Part shown: positions 26,685 to 40,900 of the stretch, piece after piece
How positions within the stretch are numbered: position 1 is the first letter of the stretch
Layout: every line of letters begins with the position of its first letter
Translations under genes and position numbers: made by a program
The notes under the pieces: generated by a model
What the model saw: the letters and a program-made list of their open reading frames with translations, nothing else
The model's database searches: none
What the model was told of the DNA's origin: nothing
Assembly (NCBI RefSeq): GCF_006345805.1
Contig: NC_043004.1
Span: forward strand, 5,394,001-5,458,000
Source of the DNA: Octopus sinensis
Lineage: Eukaryota
Length of the DNA stretch: 64,000 nt
Direction of reading: 5' to 3'

Positions 26685-26951
26685 TTTATTTTCTTTCTTC
26701 TACTTACCATCTTTTTGGGCATATAAGTCAACGTAGTATGTAGCATAAACATTCAAACATTGTCACTAGCTTTCCAAATTCTGCTGCATTTCACATAGAA
26801 GTTTTGGTCCTTGGCTTACGTTTTTTTGCTAAATTTTGGTCTGAAAAATTCAACTCGTATACTTAAATATACAGTAAATTTCTGAAATATGGAATTGTAT
26901 TTAAGTAAAACAGCACTAAATACATTAGTAGAAAATATGTGATGTTTTATT
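26685..26951 (-). terminator. Candidate RNPC3 polyadenylation signals
   Basis: TTTATT on + (AATAAA on -) at 26946-26951 and 26685-26690, downstream of the stop codon. Confidence 0.4.
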
Positions 26952-26988
26952 TACAATTAATTATTTTCAAGTAATGAAAATATAGTTT

Positions 26989-27725
26989 CTATTTTTTCTC
27001 CCCTTCTTTCTGTTTCGCAGACCTGGCAAATTGCTGGAAACAAGTTAAGGATTATTTTACATTTAAAAAGAAATTAAATGCATCAAAAATCACTTTGCTT
27101 TACAAAATAAACTAAACTCAGACAATGCCTTCTCTCTTCATTATCAAATGATGCTTACCATTTTTGATGGCATATAACACATACTTATTTAAAAAAAAAA
27201 AAGTTTCAAACAAATTACCCAGGGTCCAATATGCTAATTTGGGCCTATATTACATGCTTTAATCCTTTAACATGCTGATTACTCTGTCTAAATGTAACAG
27301 TTATTTGTTCTCATTGTTTTGAATGAATCGTGCATTATTTTGAAGCTTTGAGATTTTGATGAGGTGATTGTATATTTTTAGAATGACATTGCAGGATGGG
27401 TGTGAGAGGTCAGATTTTGATAGCTTGAATGTAGTTTATTTAGGCCAGATATGGCGAGTTTAAATGTACTTAATGCACTAAAAATTGTTTCTCCCTAAAT
27501 ATACTCTTTACTCTTTTACTTGTTTCAGTCATTTGATTGCAGCCATGCTGGAGCACTGCCTTTAGTCGAGCAAATCGACCCCAGGACTTATTCTTTGTAA
27601 GCCTAGTACTTATTCTATTGGTCTCTTTTGCCGAACTGTTAAGTTACGGGGACGTAAACACACCAGCATTGGTTGACAAGCGATGTTGGGGAAAAAAACA
27701 CAGACATACAAACACAGACATACAA

Positions 27726-27768
<43 letters not shown>

Positions 27769-28631
27769 CACACGATGGGTGTCTTTCAGTTTCTGTCTAC
27801 CAAATCCATTCACAAGGCTTTCGTTGACCTAAGGCTATAGTAGAAGACACTTGCCCAAGGTGCCACGCAGTGGGACTGAACCCGGAACCATGTGGTTCAT
27901 AAGCAAGCTACATGCTGAAATTAGAATGTGTCTAATATCCCCATGTGTTTTTTATACCATCAAATGCAGTAGATATGAGAATAGACCAGTATTTCTTAAT
28001 CTAAGAACATATTGTAGACCAAACAAAAAATTACTGACAAAGCTGAGAATGTTAAAAAAATTGTTAGAAGTAAAAAATTTAGAAAAAAAAAATCACAGAA
28101 AAAACTACTACTTACCTTGTTTTATTAATCATACTTCATTTTCATCCTTTTAACGTCCACTTTTTCATGCTTGCAGAATTTATTGAAGCAGATTTTCTCT
28201 AAAGATTTTGTTTGGGGACAATTATAGGTTAGCAACAGGAAGAGCATCCAGCTGCAGAAAAATCTGCCTCAACAAATTCTGTCAGACCCATGAAAGTATG
28301 GACATTAAAAACTATTATTGAGAGAATAGCAAATGCCATCTAAGTGACACTGGGGTACAAATATATGAAGCCCATAATACCCATCATGGCCACCCATGAT
28401 AAAACTTATTATTATTATTATTCAGTAACCTTATTTTTATCACATGCTTTCACTGCACTACTGAGCGCAGCTCTGTGTGCCTTGGGTATGTGCTGTGGTT
28501 TGTTGTGATGCTCTTATTTTTACTGTATTTAAAGTGTTTTATACAGGATGTGTGCGGTGCCTAATAGTGTTATGTCCTGGTGTTTTTGCTATGTATTTGT
28601 CTGAATATTTTTTTATCATTTCTAATGTGTC

Positions 28632-28662
<31 letters not shown>

Positions 28663-31600
28663 GAGTGAGAGTGCATGGGGTAAAATATACGAAGCCCAGT
28701 ATTCCCATCATGACTACCCGTCTGGTAAGGTACATGCATCACAACCATATGTGCACGACATGGTGATCTCATATCAAGATGAAACAGCACATGACCTTGC
28801 AGGTAGAGCCCAGTTAGAATTTTCTTTTGGTCGAGTAGCCCATCCCATTTAAAAGGTCCCTGAATAAGGATTGTTTAAGGATGCTGAACGAACTGCCCAT
28901 GTTTTCAAAGGTGAATTATTCAAACCTCTAAGAATTCCTTTCAACACATGGCTATGATGCTCCCCAACTACTTCTGCTCGTAATCAGAGATGCATATATC
29001 GTCAGCCACTAAGGGACATGGTCAACTGGTTATGGTCAAACAACTGACAGGCAAATCTGTGGTATTGAGCAGAATATTTGCTGTAGCCCTTTATTATTAT
29101 TATTATTATGATGATGATGATGATGAAAAGGATACTACTACCATAGGTCTGTTGTAGAGAACAAAGCCATTAGTATCTTCCAAAGCTACTTTGGCTACTT
29201 TTTCATTTGGAAGCGTTATAAAAGCCTGTCCTCGAATCCGTCCTTCTTGCATGAGTCTGATGTAAAACCTGAAATCAATTGAGATGTAAAGTTTGCAATC
29301 AAATGAAACATCTAAGGTTTGAGAGAGTAGATAGCAGACAATCCACAATGATAAATTCCATCCTAATCATTTGAATTTTTTTGTTACCATTCACAAAATT
29401 CTTTCAAACATAACATCTCAGTTCTCACCTCTTTTATTGTCTTCATAATAGGTTCTGCTCTCCAAGACTTTCTGGTTACATTTCATCTCTCATTTCAACA
29501 ACTGATATCTTTTATCTTCTACTTGTTTTACTTATTTCAATCATTAGACCGTGGCCATACTGGGGCACTGCCTTAAACTTTTAGTTGAACGAATCAACTT
29601 CAGGGCTTATTTTTTTTTAAAGCCTGGTACTTGTTCCATTGGTCTCTTTTGCTAAACTGCTAAGTTACTGAGATGTAAACACACCAACACCAGTTGTCAA
29701 GCAGTCGTGGGGGACAGACACAGACACACACATATAAGCATTTATATATCAGTTTCTATCTTATTTTTTTATTGCCCACAAGGGGCTAAACATAGAGCGG
29801 ACAAACAAGGACAGACAAAAGGATTAAGCTGATTACATCGACCCCAGTGTGTAACTGGTACTTATTTAATCGACCCCGAAAGGATGAAAGGCAAAGTCGA
29901 CCTCGGCGGAATTTGAACTTAGAATGTAGCGGCAAACGAAATACCGCTAAGCATTTCGCTCGGCGCGCCAACGTTTCTGCCAGCTTGCTGCTTTTATCAG
30001 TTTCTATCTACCAAATCTATCACAATGCCTGGGGCTATACTAGAAGACACTTGCTCAAGGAGCCATGCAGTGAAGCTGAATCCAAAACCACATCTCTCTC
30101 TCTCTCTCTCTTTGATGCTGTATGAGTGAGTGAGATTACAACCCTCCCCACTGAACAGGACACCAGTCCATCACAGGGTTAACGTCCTGGCTATTGCAGG
30201 ATTTCTCATTTACGGCCAAGTGGACTGAAGCAACATGAAATTAAGTGTTCTACTCAAAATTACAATGGACTGTCTAGTCCAAGAATTGAAACCACACTCT
30301 TACGATTATGTTTAATACTCAACCTTATTTGGTCTTATTGTTAATTTCAGTAGAATAAACTAGAGCGAGAGAACATGTTAAGAATTAAGGATTCAGTTTT
30401 AGACAATTATTTCAGTAATACTTACATGTTCCTTTCATCTTCATTTTTGGAATTGATGTAGAAACCAAATATCTTCCACAAGTCCTGAAAGAGGGAAAAG
30501 AAATGGTTTTGTTATTTTATTCATCATCGTCATCATCATCATTCAATGTCCACTTTTCCATGCTTGTATTGGTTAAACAAGGTTTATTGAAGCAGAGTTT
30601 TTTTATTATAGCTGGATGCCCTTCTTGCCACCAACTCTTACCTGTTTCTAAGCAAGGTGTTATTTTTCCATAGCTAGACATCTTATTCACAGAAGACAGG
30701 AAACAAACAACCTCGCTTGTATGATGATCGTGTTCTGCTCATTTACAACCATCAGGTGATGTCTAGACAAAGGTACACACACACACACGCGCGCACATAT
30801 GCCTGGCTTCTTTCAGTTTCATCATCATCATCGTTTAACGTCCGCTTTCCATGCTAGCATGGGTTGGACAATTTGACTGAGGACTGGTGAACCAGATGGC
30901 TGCACCAGGCTCCAGTCTGATCTGGCAGAGTTTCTACAGCTGGATGCCCTTTCTAATGCCAACCACTCTGAGAGTGTAGTGGGTGCTTTTACGTGCCACC
31001 AGCACGAGGCTGGTCAGGTGGTACTGGCAACGGTCACGCCCAAATGGTGTTTATTACGTGCCACCTGCACAGGAACCAGTCCAGCAGCACAGGCAACAAC
31101 CTCGCTCGAATGTTTTTTCATGTGCTATCAGCACAAGTGCCAGTAAGGCACGGAAGCCAGTTAGCTGCTCTGGCAACGATCACGCTCGGATGGTGCTCTT
31201 AGTGCTCCACTAGCACAGATGCCAGTCATCAAATTTAATTTCGCACAAGACATTGGTCAGCCCAGGGCTACAGAAGAGCACATTTGTTCAAGATGCTGTG
31301 CTGTGGAACTGAACCTAAAATCACGTGGTTGCAAAGCATGCTTCTTCACCACACAGTCATGCTTGCACCTAAATACATTTCTATAAAAAAGTAATATAAT
31401 ACTCAATACGCAAACTTTTACTTATATTAATACTGGCAAAGGGAAAAACGAAATAAAAAAAATATAGAAATAGTAAACTTACATCCTCAGTGACATGTCT
31501 GGAAAGATTTTTTATATAAAGTCGACTTGATGGTTCACCAGGTTGATAATTTTTGAAGACTGAAAGTTCTTTCATGTCTGTAATTAAAATAATTAAATAT

Positions 31601-31870
31601 CAAAATGGTGTGTTATAATACTATTCCACAAATACAAACAGCTATACCAACAATCCAACATACCTTCATCATCAGCTGCCCCACGGATATCATTATGGTT
31701 TTGACACCTGGGCAGTACCATTCAATTCGTTAGGAAGGGCATCTAGCTGTAGAAACCTTGCTAGATCAGATTGGAGCCTGGTGCAACCTCCTGGCTTGCC
31801 AGTTTTCAATCAAACCGTCCACCCCATGGAAAGCAGATATTGAACGATGATGATGAAACACAAACACACA

Positions 31871-31911
<41 letters not shown>

Positions 31912-34900
31912 TCTGTCTACCACATCCACTCACAAGGCTTTGGTTGGCCCACAGCTATAGTAGAAGACATTTGCCCATGGTGCTGCACAGTGGGACTGAA
32001 CCCAGAACAATGTGGTTGGGAAGCAAGCTTCTTAAACACACAACTACCCCTGTGCCTACAGTCTTAAAGAAAAAACCGGAGAACACATTGGAAAAATAGT
32101 TACAGCTGAATGCATTTGGCCACAGGTATACTCAACAGAAGCCGAGTTTTTGTATTTAGTCAGAGTAGGAAAGGTAGGGTCCGTGATCTACTTCAGGGCC
32201 TCTGAAACTGATGAGCGGAAGGGAAAAGAATGTGGAGTCAGCTTGAATCCTTACAATAAGGTACTCAAGGGCCAGGTGGTGGTATTTAATCAGGGACAGA
32301 TCAGCTTTGAAACTGGCCATATCTGGCCAAAATATTCTACCTGTTTTATGTTCAGACCAGACAGATCCAGCCTCCCACACCTATCTTACAAAGTGATTCT
32401 GAAAATAAGCAATCACATCATTGAAATCCCAAAGCTACAAGTTAATATATGATTAATTCAAAATCAATGTGAATAAATAAGCATTTCATGCTGAAAGAGG
32501 AATCTGAATGCTAATGGGTTAAGTCATCCAAGAACAGCAATGGTTTCTTCAATGAGCTTCTCTACAGTTTCCATCACCATTATTGTTTTAATGTCCATTT
32601 TACCATGCTTGTATGGGTCAGACAGAATTTGTTGAGGCAGATTTTCTATGGCCAAATTTCACTCACGAGTCTTTGACTGGTCCATCACAATGAAACTAGA
32701 GCTAAACACCAACATCTTCATGGAAAACAACTTGAATATTAAGACACATTATATTTCATGTTTTGAGTTATAAGTTATCAAAGACAAAACTCTTTGGCTT
32801 TCTTTTATGTAATGAATTCAATGAATTGACTATATAAAAAAAATGACTAAATCTGTTATGAAACACTAAAAACCCTTACCTTTCGATGATATCCTTCCTT
32901 GTCGGAGTTTCTCAGTTGATACAAACTGAATGTTTTTGAATTTATCATCTTCTTCTTCTTCCACAGGTAAATTAGGCTGAAAATAAAAATACAGGTATCG
33001 AAGGTAAAAGGGGAAAAAAGCAAAGATCTTTCTATATATTTATATAGATAATCATCATTATCATGGGTCAGACAGAACTTACTGATGCAGATTTTCTATG
33101 GCTGGATGCCTTTCCTGTTGCCAACCCCCACCAGTTTCCAAGCAAGGTAATATTTCCCCATGACCAGTTATGTTTATGCAGAATATTGGAAATGAATGAC
33201 ATTGATTTACAACAATCATACAATGTCAAGACAAGGAGAAACAAACATACACTCACGTATATACATCATCATCTAACGTCCACTTTCCATGCTGGCATGG
33301 GTTGGACAGTTTGACTGGAACTAGTAAGCTGGAGAGCTGTACCAGGTTCCAGTCTGATTTTGCATGGCTTCTACAGCTGGATGCCCTTCATAATGCCAAC
33401 CACTCCAAGAGTGTAATGGGTGCATTTTGTGTGCCATTTACATCAGTGCTTCTCAAACCATCTGATGTGGTGTACTGGCAGTTTTTTTTTCCAATGTGCC
33501 AGGTAACCGGTAATATTTCTTAGTAATATCAATTTACACCAGAAACAATATATAAACACCTTCCAGGCTGCAACAGTTTTTTTTTCAGCACATGGTCTCA
33601 GATCAAGTCACTTGCTATGCAAGTATATCTCCATAATATATATAATGAATATAATAAAAGTTGACAATTTTTAAAATCTTATATTCATTTTGTAAACAAA
33701 TAATACAATATCACATAAGCTGATAAGTTGCTTACTGCAGTGCATAAGGCAAAATCATTAAAATTCTGCTATCGTTTCTTTCTTTTCTGGAAACTTGCCG
33801 CATACTGGCTCACGAACCGGCACTGGTCCGCAGACCACCTCTTGGAGTAGCACCCTTTTACATGACACTGACAACAGCCACAACTATAATTTCATTCGGT
33901 TTGATGAGTCTTCTCAAGCACAACATATCGCCAAAGTCTCGGTCATAGACTCATTTCAGTTTCTGTCTATCAAGGTTTTGGTTGGCCTGGAGCTCTAGTA
34001 AAAGACACTTGCCCAAGATGCCATCAGGTGGAACTGAACCCAAAACCACGTGGTTGGGAAGCAAACTTCTGAACCACACATCTATACCTGCACCTAAATA
34101 ATAATAATATATTTTCAAAAGGTTCAAAATGATGATGATGATGATGATGATGATAACTCCACTGTCTCCATTTGCTTCCCTTGTTTCTTTATTATAGCAA
34201 TTGTCAATTGTCCAACATATGTAAATCTATAAAACAATTTCGGTCCAAATATAAGAGGGAAAAACTATTCATGAGGAAAGTAGCTCATAAAAAGGACCCA
34301 TGCTGGCACCACATACAAAATACCCAGTACACTCTGTAAAGTGGTTGGTATTAGGAAGGGCATCTGGCCACAAAAGCCATGCCAAAACACACGAATGGAG
34401 CCAGGTGCAGCCCTCCAGCTTACTAACTCCTGTAAAACCGTCCAAGTCATGCCAGCATACAGAACGGACAGTAGATAATGATGATGACTATGGACTACAA
34501 AGAAATTGGTGATATGCAGAAACACAGATAACAAATGGCGGATGAAGAAAACAAATAGGCAAAAGAGAAAAAAATAAGAATAAAAAATATGAAGAAAAAT
34601 ATTTACCTTTTCTAAAGGCGCAATCTTACCAAAACCTGAAGAATTCTGTTCCAGGTCTGTAGGTTCATTTGTTTTAAGTGTCTCTGATACAAAAGAAATA
34701 GTAATTTTAAATAATGTAGCAAAATGCAGATAAAACATCAAAAACAAGAGAAACATAGTAACAGAATTACTTAATGATAAAGTTGGATCATCAAAATCAC
34801 AGACTCTAAGAATATTACATCTTCAAGTTTCCTAACCATTTGGTCTTGGGATTCACTCACACTGTGTGGCACCTTGGGCAAGTGTCTTCTACTATAGCCC

Positions 34901-37900
34901 CAGGCTGATGAAGGCCTTGTGAATGGCTTTGGTAGATGGAAACTGAAAGAAGCCTGCTGTGTGTGTATGTGTGTGAGTGCATGAATATATCCTTGTCTTG
35001 GCATCATGCGATGGTTGTAAATTAGCCTCTCCATCATACAAGTGATGTTGTCCATTGAAAACATTTCTGGCCATGGATAAATACTACCTTACTTGGAAAC
35101 CAGTGGAAGTTGGTAACAGGGAAGGGCATTTGGCCATAGAAAATGAGCCTCATCAAATTCAGTCTGACCCATGCCAGCAACTAAAAGTGGACATTAAATG
35201 ATGATGGAATTTGCCATATGCAAGCTGGTTTAGCTCTGTGTCATCATCACCATTTAACGCACACCTTTCATGTTGGCATGGGCTGGATGGATTGGCAGGA
35301 TCAGACAAGCGCTGAAAAAGTGCATCATGTTCCAGTTGCCTTCTTTGACATTGTTTCTAAAATTCGACATTGTTCTAATTCCAGCCATTTTAAAAAGCTG
35401 GCTGAGTGTTTTTTTACCGTGATACCAGGACTAACAAGTCCCCTTAACTGAATGAGAATGTAATAGAGAGGGAAGCAGTTTTATGCTAGGTGTTGAGAAG
35501 TTAAAGTATGATAGAAGAGACAAAGTTTATTGGTTGCAGAGACGAAACACAGCAACCCTGCAAGGCAGTGAGCCCATGGAATCGTTACTGCACCAGGCAA
35601 AATGCTTAACAGCATTTCATCTGTCTTTACATTCTGAACTGAAATTCCACTGAGGGCGACATTGCTTTTCATTCTTTTGAGGGTTAATAAAGTAAGTACC
35701 AGATGAGCACAGGGGTCGATGTAATTGACTTACTTCCTCCTCTCAAATTGCTGGCTTTGTGCCAAAATTTGAAACCAATTATATAAGGGTGGGTGAGAGT
35801 AATTGGAAACAGATAAAAATGGCAGTACTAAAGTACCAGAGCAGACACTCAAGGAATAGCAAGGTGAATACAAGAGGGAGTAGGAACCTAAGAACAGGAA
35901 AAGTAGATAAAGGCTGCAAGAGCGGGGGTAGGGGGTTAGGATGAATGTAGTGAATGGTGAACTAGGGTGAAGGAGTGGATGGTGGTAAATATAATGAATG
36001 GATGTCAAGAGAATCGGCTCAGGGGAGAGGAGGTGATGACAGTCAGTAGAGAAAGGGTGAAATGTAGCAAATTACTAATAGCACAGTAAATAGGGGAAGG
36101 ATGAGAGATAGGGAGGTGATGGGTGGAGGAGGATGGGTAAAGATTACAAGAGTGTGGGGGGAGGGGAGTGAAAGATATCTAGTGATGGGGGTGAAAGTGG
36201 TTACATAAGGGTGGATGTAGTGAACGGCAAACAAAGTTGGTGGGGATGGTTGATGATTGAGACAGTGTTCAGAATACGGTATGGATGTCAATAGGAAGTG
36301 GTTCAAAGGAAGAAGGAGAAATAATTGCTGGTAAAGGAATGAAGATCAATGGACAGAAAGCAGTCTTGTGATTTACTTTGTCTTTGGTGACAATGAAACT
36401 TTGTAAAAGAATGGTTTATTGTCAAAAGGTCAAGCAACATTATGTCTACCTGTATCCATATTTGTTGTTAAGTCCCCAGAAGGTTCTTCAACAGCAACTG
36501 TGTCAGGTAACTTGATGGAGATTTTCTTTGATTGTAGATTTGCCTGGTCAAAAACATCACGAGCAGAATACGCAGGTAGGGTTGAGGGTAATTTAATAGA
36601 TTCTGTCATACTCTGCTTCAAAGCATTCCAGTCTTGTTTTAGCTTCTTCCTCTTCTTTAGAACTCGCTTTCTTGAGGGCTCCACTGCATGAGTTAGTCTG
36701 TAAAGAAACAACCGGAAAGATGTTGCAAAATTGGTTTCATACTATTGTAATAGTCAACTATTTGATTCAATAGAGTTATAGAAATAGCTACAATAGGTAT
36801 GGGTCTAGTAAAGACATGACGAAATTAAAAGAATAATTATTGCTAAAACCGTACTTCATAATGATGTAAAGCAAGAATTTGCTTACATAAGCATTTCAGG
36901 CGTCGAACTACGGGGATATGCAAGAGTGTTTGTACATGTATTAGGTATGATAAAATATACAAATAGGCTATGAGTAAATCATCATCATCATAACACTCAT
37001 TGTCCATGTTGGACAGTTTGACTAGGCTGGCATGCTGGAAGGCTGCGCCAGACTCCAGTCTGATTTGGCATAGCTTTCTATGGCTGGACACCCTTCTTAA
37101 TGCCAACCACTTTGAGAGTGTAACGGGTGCCTTTATGTGCCACCGGCACAGGTGCCATTTGTGTGACACCTGGGTGCATCTATGTGCTACCGGCATGGGT
37201 GCCACTTTGCTTGACACCAGTATCTGCTATGACTGCCATTTTGCTCGCCTTGATGAGTCTTATTCTCAAGCATGACATAATGCCAAAGGTCTCGGTCATT
37301 GCCTCCATGAGGCCCGACAATCAAAAGGAACTCAGCCACTTTGCCTCTATGAAGCCATAAAAAGGAAAAAAGTGGACCATTATGAAAACAAGTTGCTGAT
37401 CCTTAACCCAAAGTAAAGTACTTCAGGCCATCATCATCATCATTGTTGTTTAACATCCATTTTCCATGCTGGCATAGGTTGGACTTCATAAACTGAGAAT
37501 ACTAGAAGAATAAGCTGGACTTCATAAACTGAGAATACTAGAAGAATAAGCTGGACTTCATAAACTGAGAATACTAGAAGAATAAGACTAAGTACTCAGA
37601 GTAACATAAACAAATAAAGGTTTATCAATTATTATACAACATAAATCCTTGATTTATTAAAATCATCACAGCCTCTAGAGGGTATGTCATAATTACCAAA
37701 TTGCAATTAAGAGTAATTCTCATGAGGAGGGGAGATAATCTCAAGAATCAAGATCTGTCCGAAGTCAATGTGCCACTAAGGAAAAGGACAAGCTTGCTGT
37801 CTGGAGATAAGAGGACACCATGGACACATGTCTCTGGCTCAATGGGCATCATCAACATGGCAATTGTCCAACCTTATCTCCAGTAGATGAAAGGACTTAT

Positions 37901-40900
37901 ACAAAAATAACACATTTATGGCCTGGGTATTTTACATAAATTAAACAAAATGAGTTATTAGAGTAAAATGGATAAGATGAACATTAAATAATAACAATGA
38001 TGCATTATATTGGAACAAAGCCACAATTTTACAGAGTTAATCATTTGTAGTTAATTCAAAGTGATTGCCAGTACACAAGTAAAAATAATTTTGTTGATCT
38101 TTCATGGTGGTGATGATGATGATGAACAATAATGACAGCAATGACACTGAAGATGATTACAACAATAAAGACAACAACCATAATAAATAAAAAAGACCAA
38201 ACCTTTGGCCTTCAGAATCTGATTCTAACTCAGATTCTTCAGTTGTTGAAACTTCCATTTCTTCCATACTTAAATTATCTGTCTCTTGGGGTCCACTGTC
38301 ATTTGGCTGAAAATCATAACATACACCTGTAAAGTCTGTGATATTTATATTAAGTTAATTTTATAGTGCAAAACATTTTATATGAACTTAAGTTAATTAT
38401 AACAAGTTGGGAAGGCACATGGCTCAGTGGTTAGCACGTCGACCTTACGATCATGAAGTTGTGAGTTCGAATCCTGGACCAGGCTGCGTGTTGTGTTCTT
38501 GAGCAAGACACTTTATTTCACGTTACTCCAGTTCACTCAGTTGTAGAAATGAGTTGTGATGTCACAGGTGCCAAGCTGTATCGGCCTTTGCCTTTCCCTT
38601 GGATAACATTGGTGGTGTGGAGAGGGGAGGCCGGGATGCGTGGGCGACTGCTGGTCTTCCATAAACAACCTTGCCCGGATTTGGGCCTGGGAGGGTAACT
38701 TTCTAGGTGCAATCCCACGGTCAGTCATGACCAAAGGGGGTCTCAATTATATCAAGTTAATTCCACCACTACCACCTTACTCTGTTTGCATGAACCGGTA
38801 AAAGCAGCCTTTTTTGACCTACTAAATATAGCAGTCAAATTCCTTCAAATAAAACTCTACAGTCTTAAAAGGGAAGAACAGTGTATTTTGTGTCCCAGAT
38901 ATACAAAAATAAAAGATAATCATAACTAGAATGCCTTTGGTCACATATTGACTTGGTCAGCTGACCAGGGGCTAAAACATAAACACATTCTTATATTGAG
39001 TTTATTATGGACAAAATAACGAGAATATTTTTCTTAGAATATTCATATACATTATAATGTGGTGCAGGCATGGCTGCGTGGTAAAGAAGTTTGTTTCCTA
39101 ATCAATTGCATGGTCTTAGGTTCAGTCACACTGTGTGACACCTTGGGTGTCTTCTACTCTAACCCAGGGCTAACCTAAGCCTTGTGAGTGAATTTGATAG
39201 ATGGAAACTGAAAGAAGCCTGTGATATGTATATGTGTGTGCATGAAAATTTATGTTTGCATCTTCTTGTCATGACATCGTGTGACAGTTGTAAATGAGTG
39301 TCACTGGCCTACAAGCAGTGTCATTCATTTTCAATATTCTGTGAAATCATGTCTGGCCACAGACAAATATTGCCTTGCTTGGAAATAGGTGAAGGTTGGT
39401 GAAAGGAAGGGCATAAAGCTGTAGGGAACAAAAATGCAAGCAACAAAAATGATGACAACAACGATGATGATGGATACAATGTCATGCAGTGAGACTGAAC
39501 CCAGAGCATCACTACAACGAAAACTTTTCAACTATTCAGCCATTTGTTTTGTATTTTTATCTTGTTTAGTCAGGAGAGAAGGCAGTGCCTGTCACCCTTA
39601 ATAAGACTTCCAAGACTATAGGGAAGAAGGAAGAGAGTATCTTCAACCCAGAGACTTGACCTGAGTGGACTCTACTGAAGGCATCCAAGGTATCAGATCA
39701 TCGTCATCATCATCATCATCGTTGTCATCGTCATTGTCATCACCACCATCATCGTCGTCGTCATCATCATCAGCATTGTTTAATGTCTGCTTTCCATTTT
39801 GACATGGGTTGGATGGTTTGACTGAGAACTGGCAAGCCAGGTGGCTGCACCAGGCTCCAATCTGATCTGGCAAGGTTTCTACAGCTAGATGCCCTTCTTA
39901 ACACCAACCACTCTGAGAGTGTAGTGGGTGCTTTTTATGTGTCACTGGCATGGGAGCCAGTCAGGAGGCACTAGCATTGACTATGCAGTCAGGTGGAACT
40001 AGCCATGGTAGGATCTGAACTCAGAACACAGAGAGGCAGAACAAATACTGCAAAGTATCCAGTCTTATGTTCTTACATCTCTGCCACAAATTGGTTCTTT
40101 TATATTTTTTCATCAACCCTGAAACAATGAAAGGCAAAGTTGGTTTTGATGGGATTTGAACTCAGACTGCAAAGTGTCAGAACAAACATTGTAAGGCATT
40201 CATCTGATGCGCTTCACTGTAATGCTTGAACCACTTAAGGACAGACTCATACACTAATACACACCCACTCACACACTTTAATACAGGGATAGCCAACCTG
40301 CGGCCCACTTGATACTTTCTTGAACAAGACATTAAAAAATTTTATCAACAGTTAAAGATTGCAATGAAAAGTGAAACATGATAATATTTCATGTTGAATC
40401 AATGATCATTCATTCATTATTTTAATAAGAAAGCAAAATGCTTTCAATTCTGTCAGTATACAAGTGACCCTCAAAAGACTTCCTGTGATTAAAGTGGCCT
40501 GCAATGTAATACAAGTTGGCCAGGCCTGTTCTAATACATGTACATTGCAGAAACTCACATAACCAAACGTGCCAAGACAAACACAAACAAACTTCAGAAA
40601 GATCTATTTTTCAGATTTTGTATACTTTTTTACTTGTTCAATCAGTTGACTGTGACCATGCAAGAGCACCGCCTTTAGTCAAGCAAATTGACCTGAGAAC
40701 TTATTCTTTGTAAGCCTAGTACTTATTCTATCGGTCTCTTTTGCCGAACCGCTAAGATACAGGGTTGTCAAGTGATGTTGGTGGGAGAAACACAGACATA
40801 CAAACATATACACACACTTACATATATATATATATATATATAATACATATATATATATATATCACGTCACGTCATCACATCACGTGACCGACCAGTCCAT

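Noticed and set aside
24000-29135. Canonical USSE (tandem U12 donors) downstream in RNPC3
   Set aside because: By-eye scan found only the single functional GTATCCTTT; no tandem copy.
37480-37587. 36-bp repeats as a CRISPR array
   Set aside because: Units are contiguous with no spacers and lie in an animal intron; a simple minisatellite.
38410-38490. tRNA gene (also 41095-41170)
   Set aside because: A and B boxes are present but there is no closing acceptor stem and the sequence runs into a SINE body.
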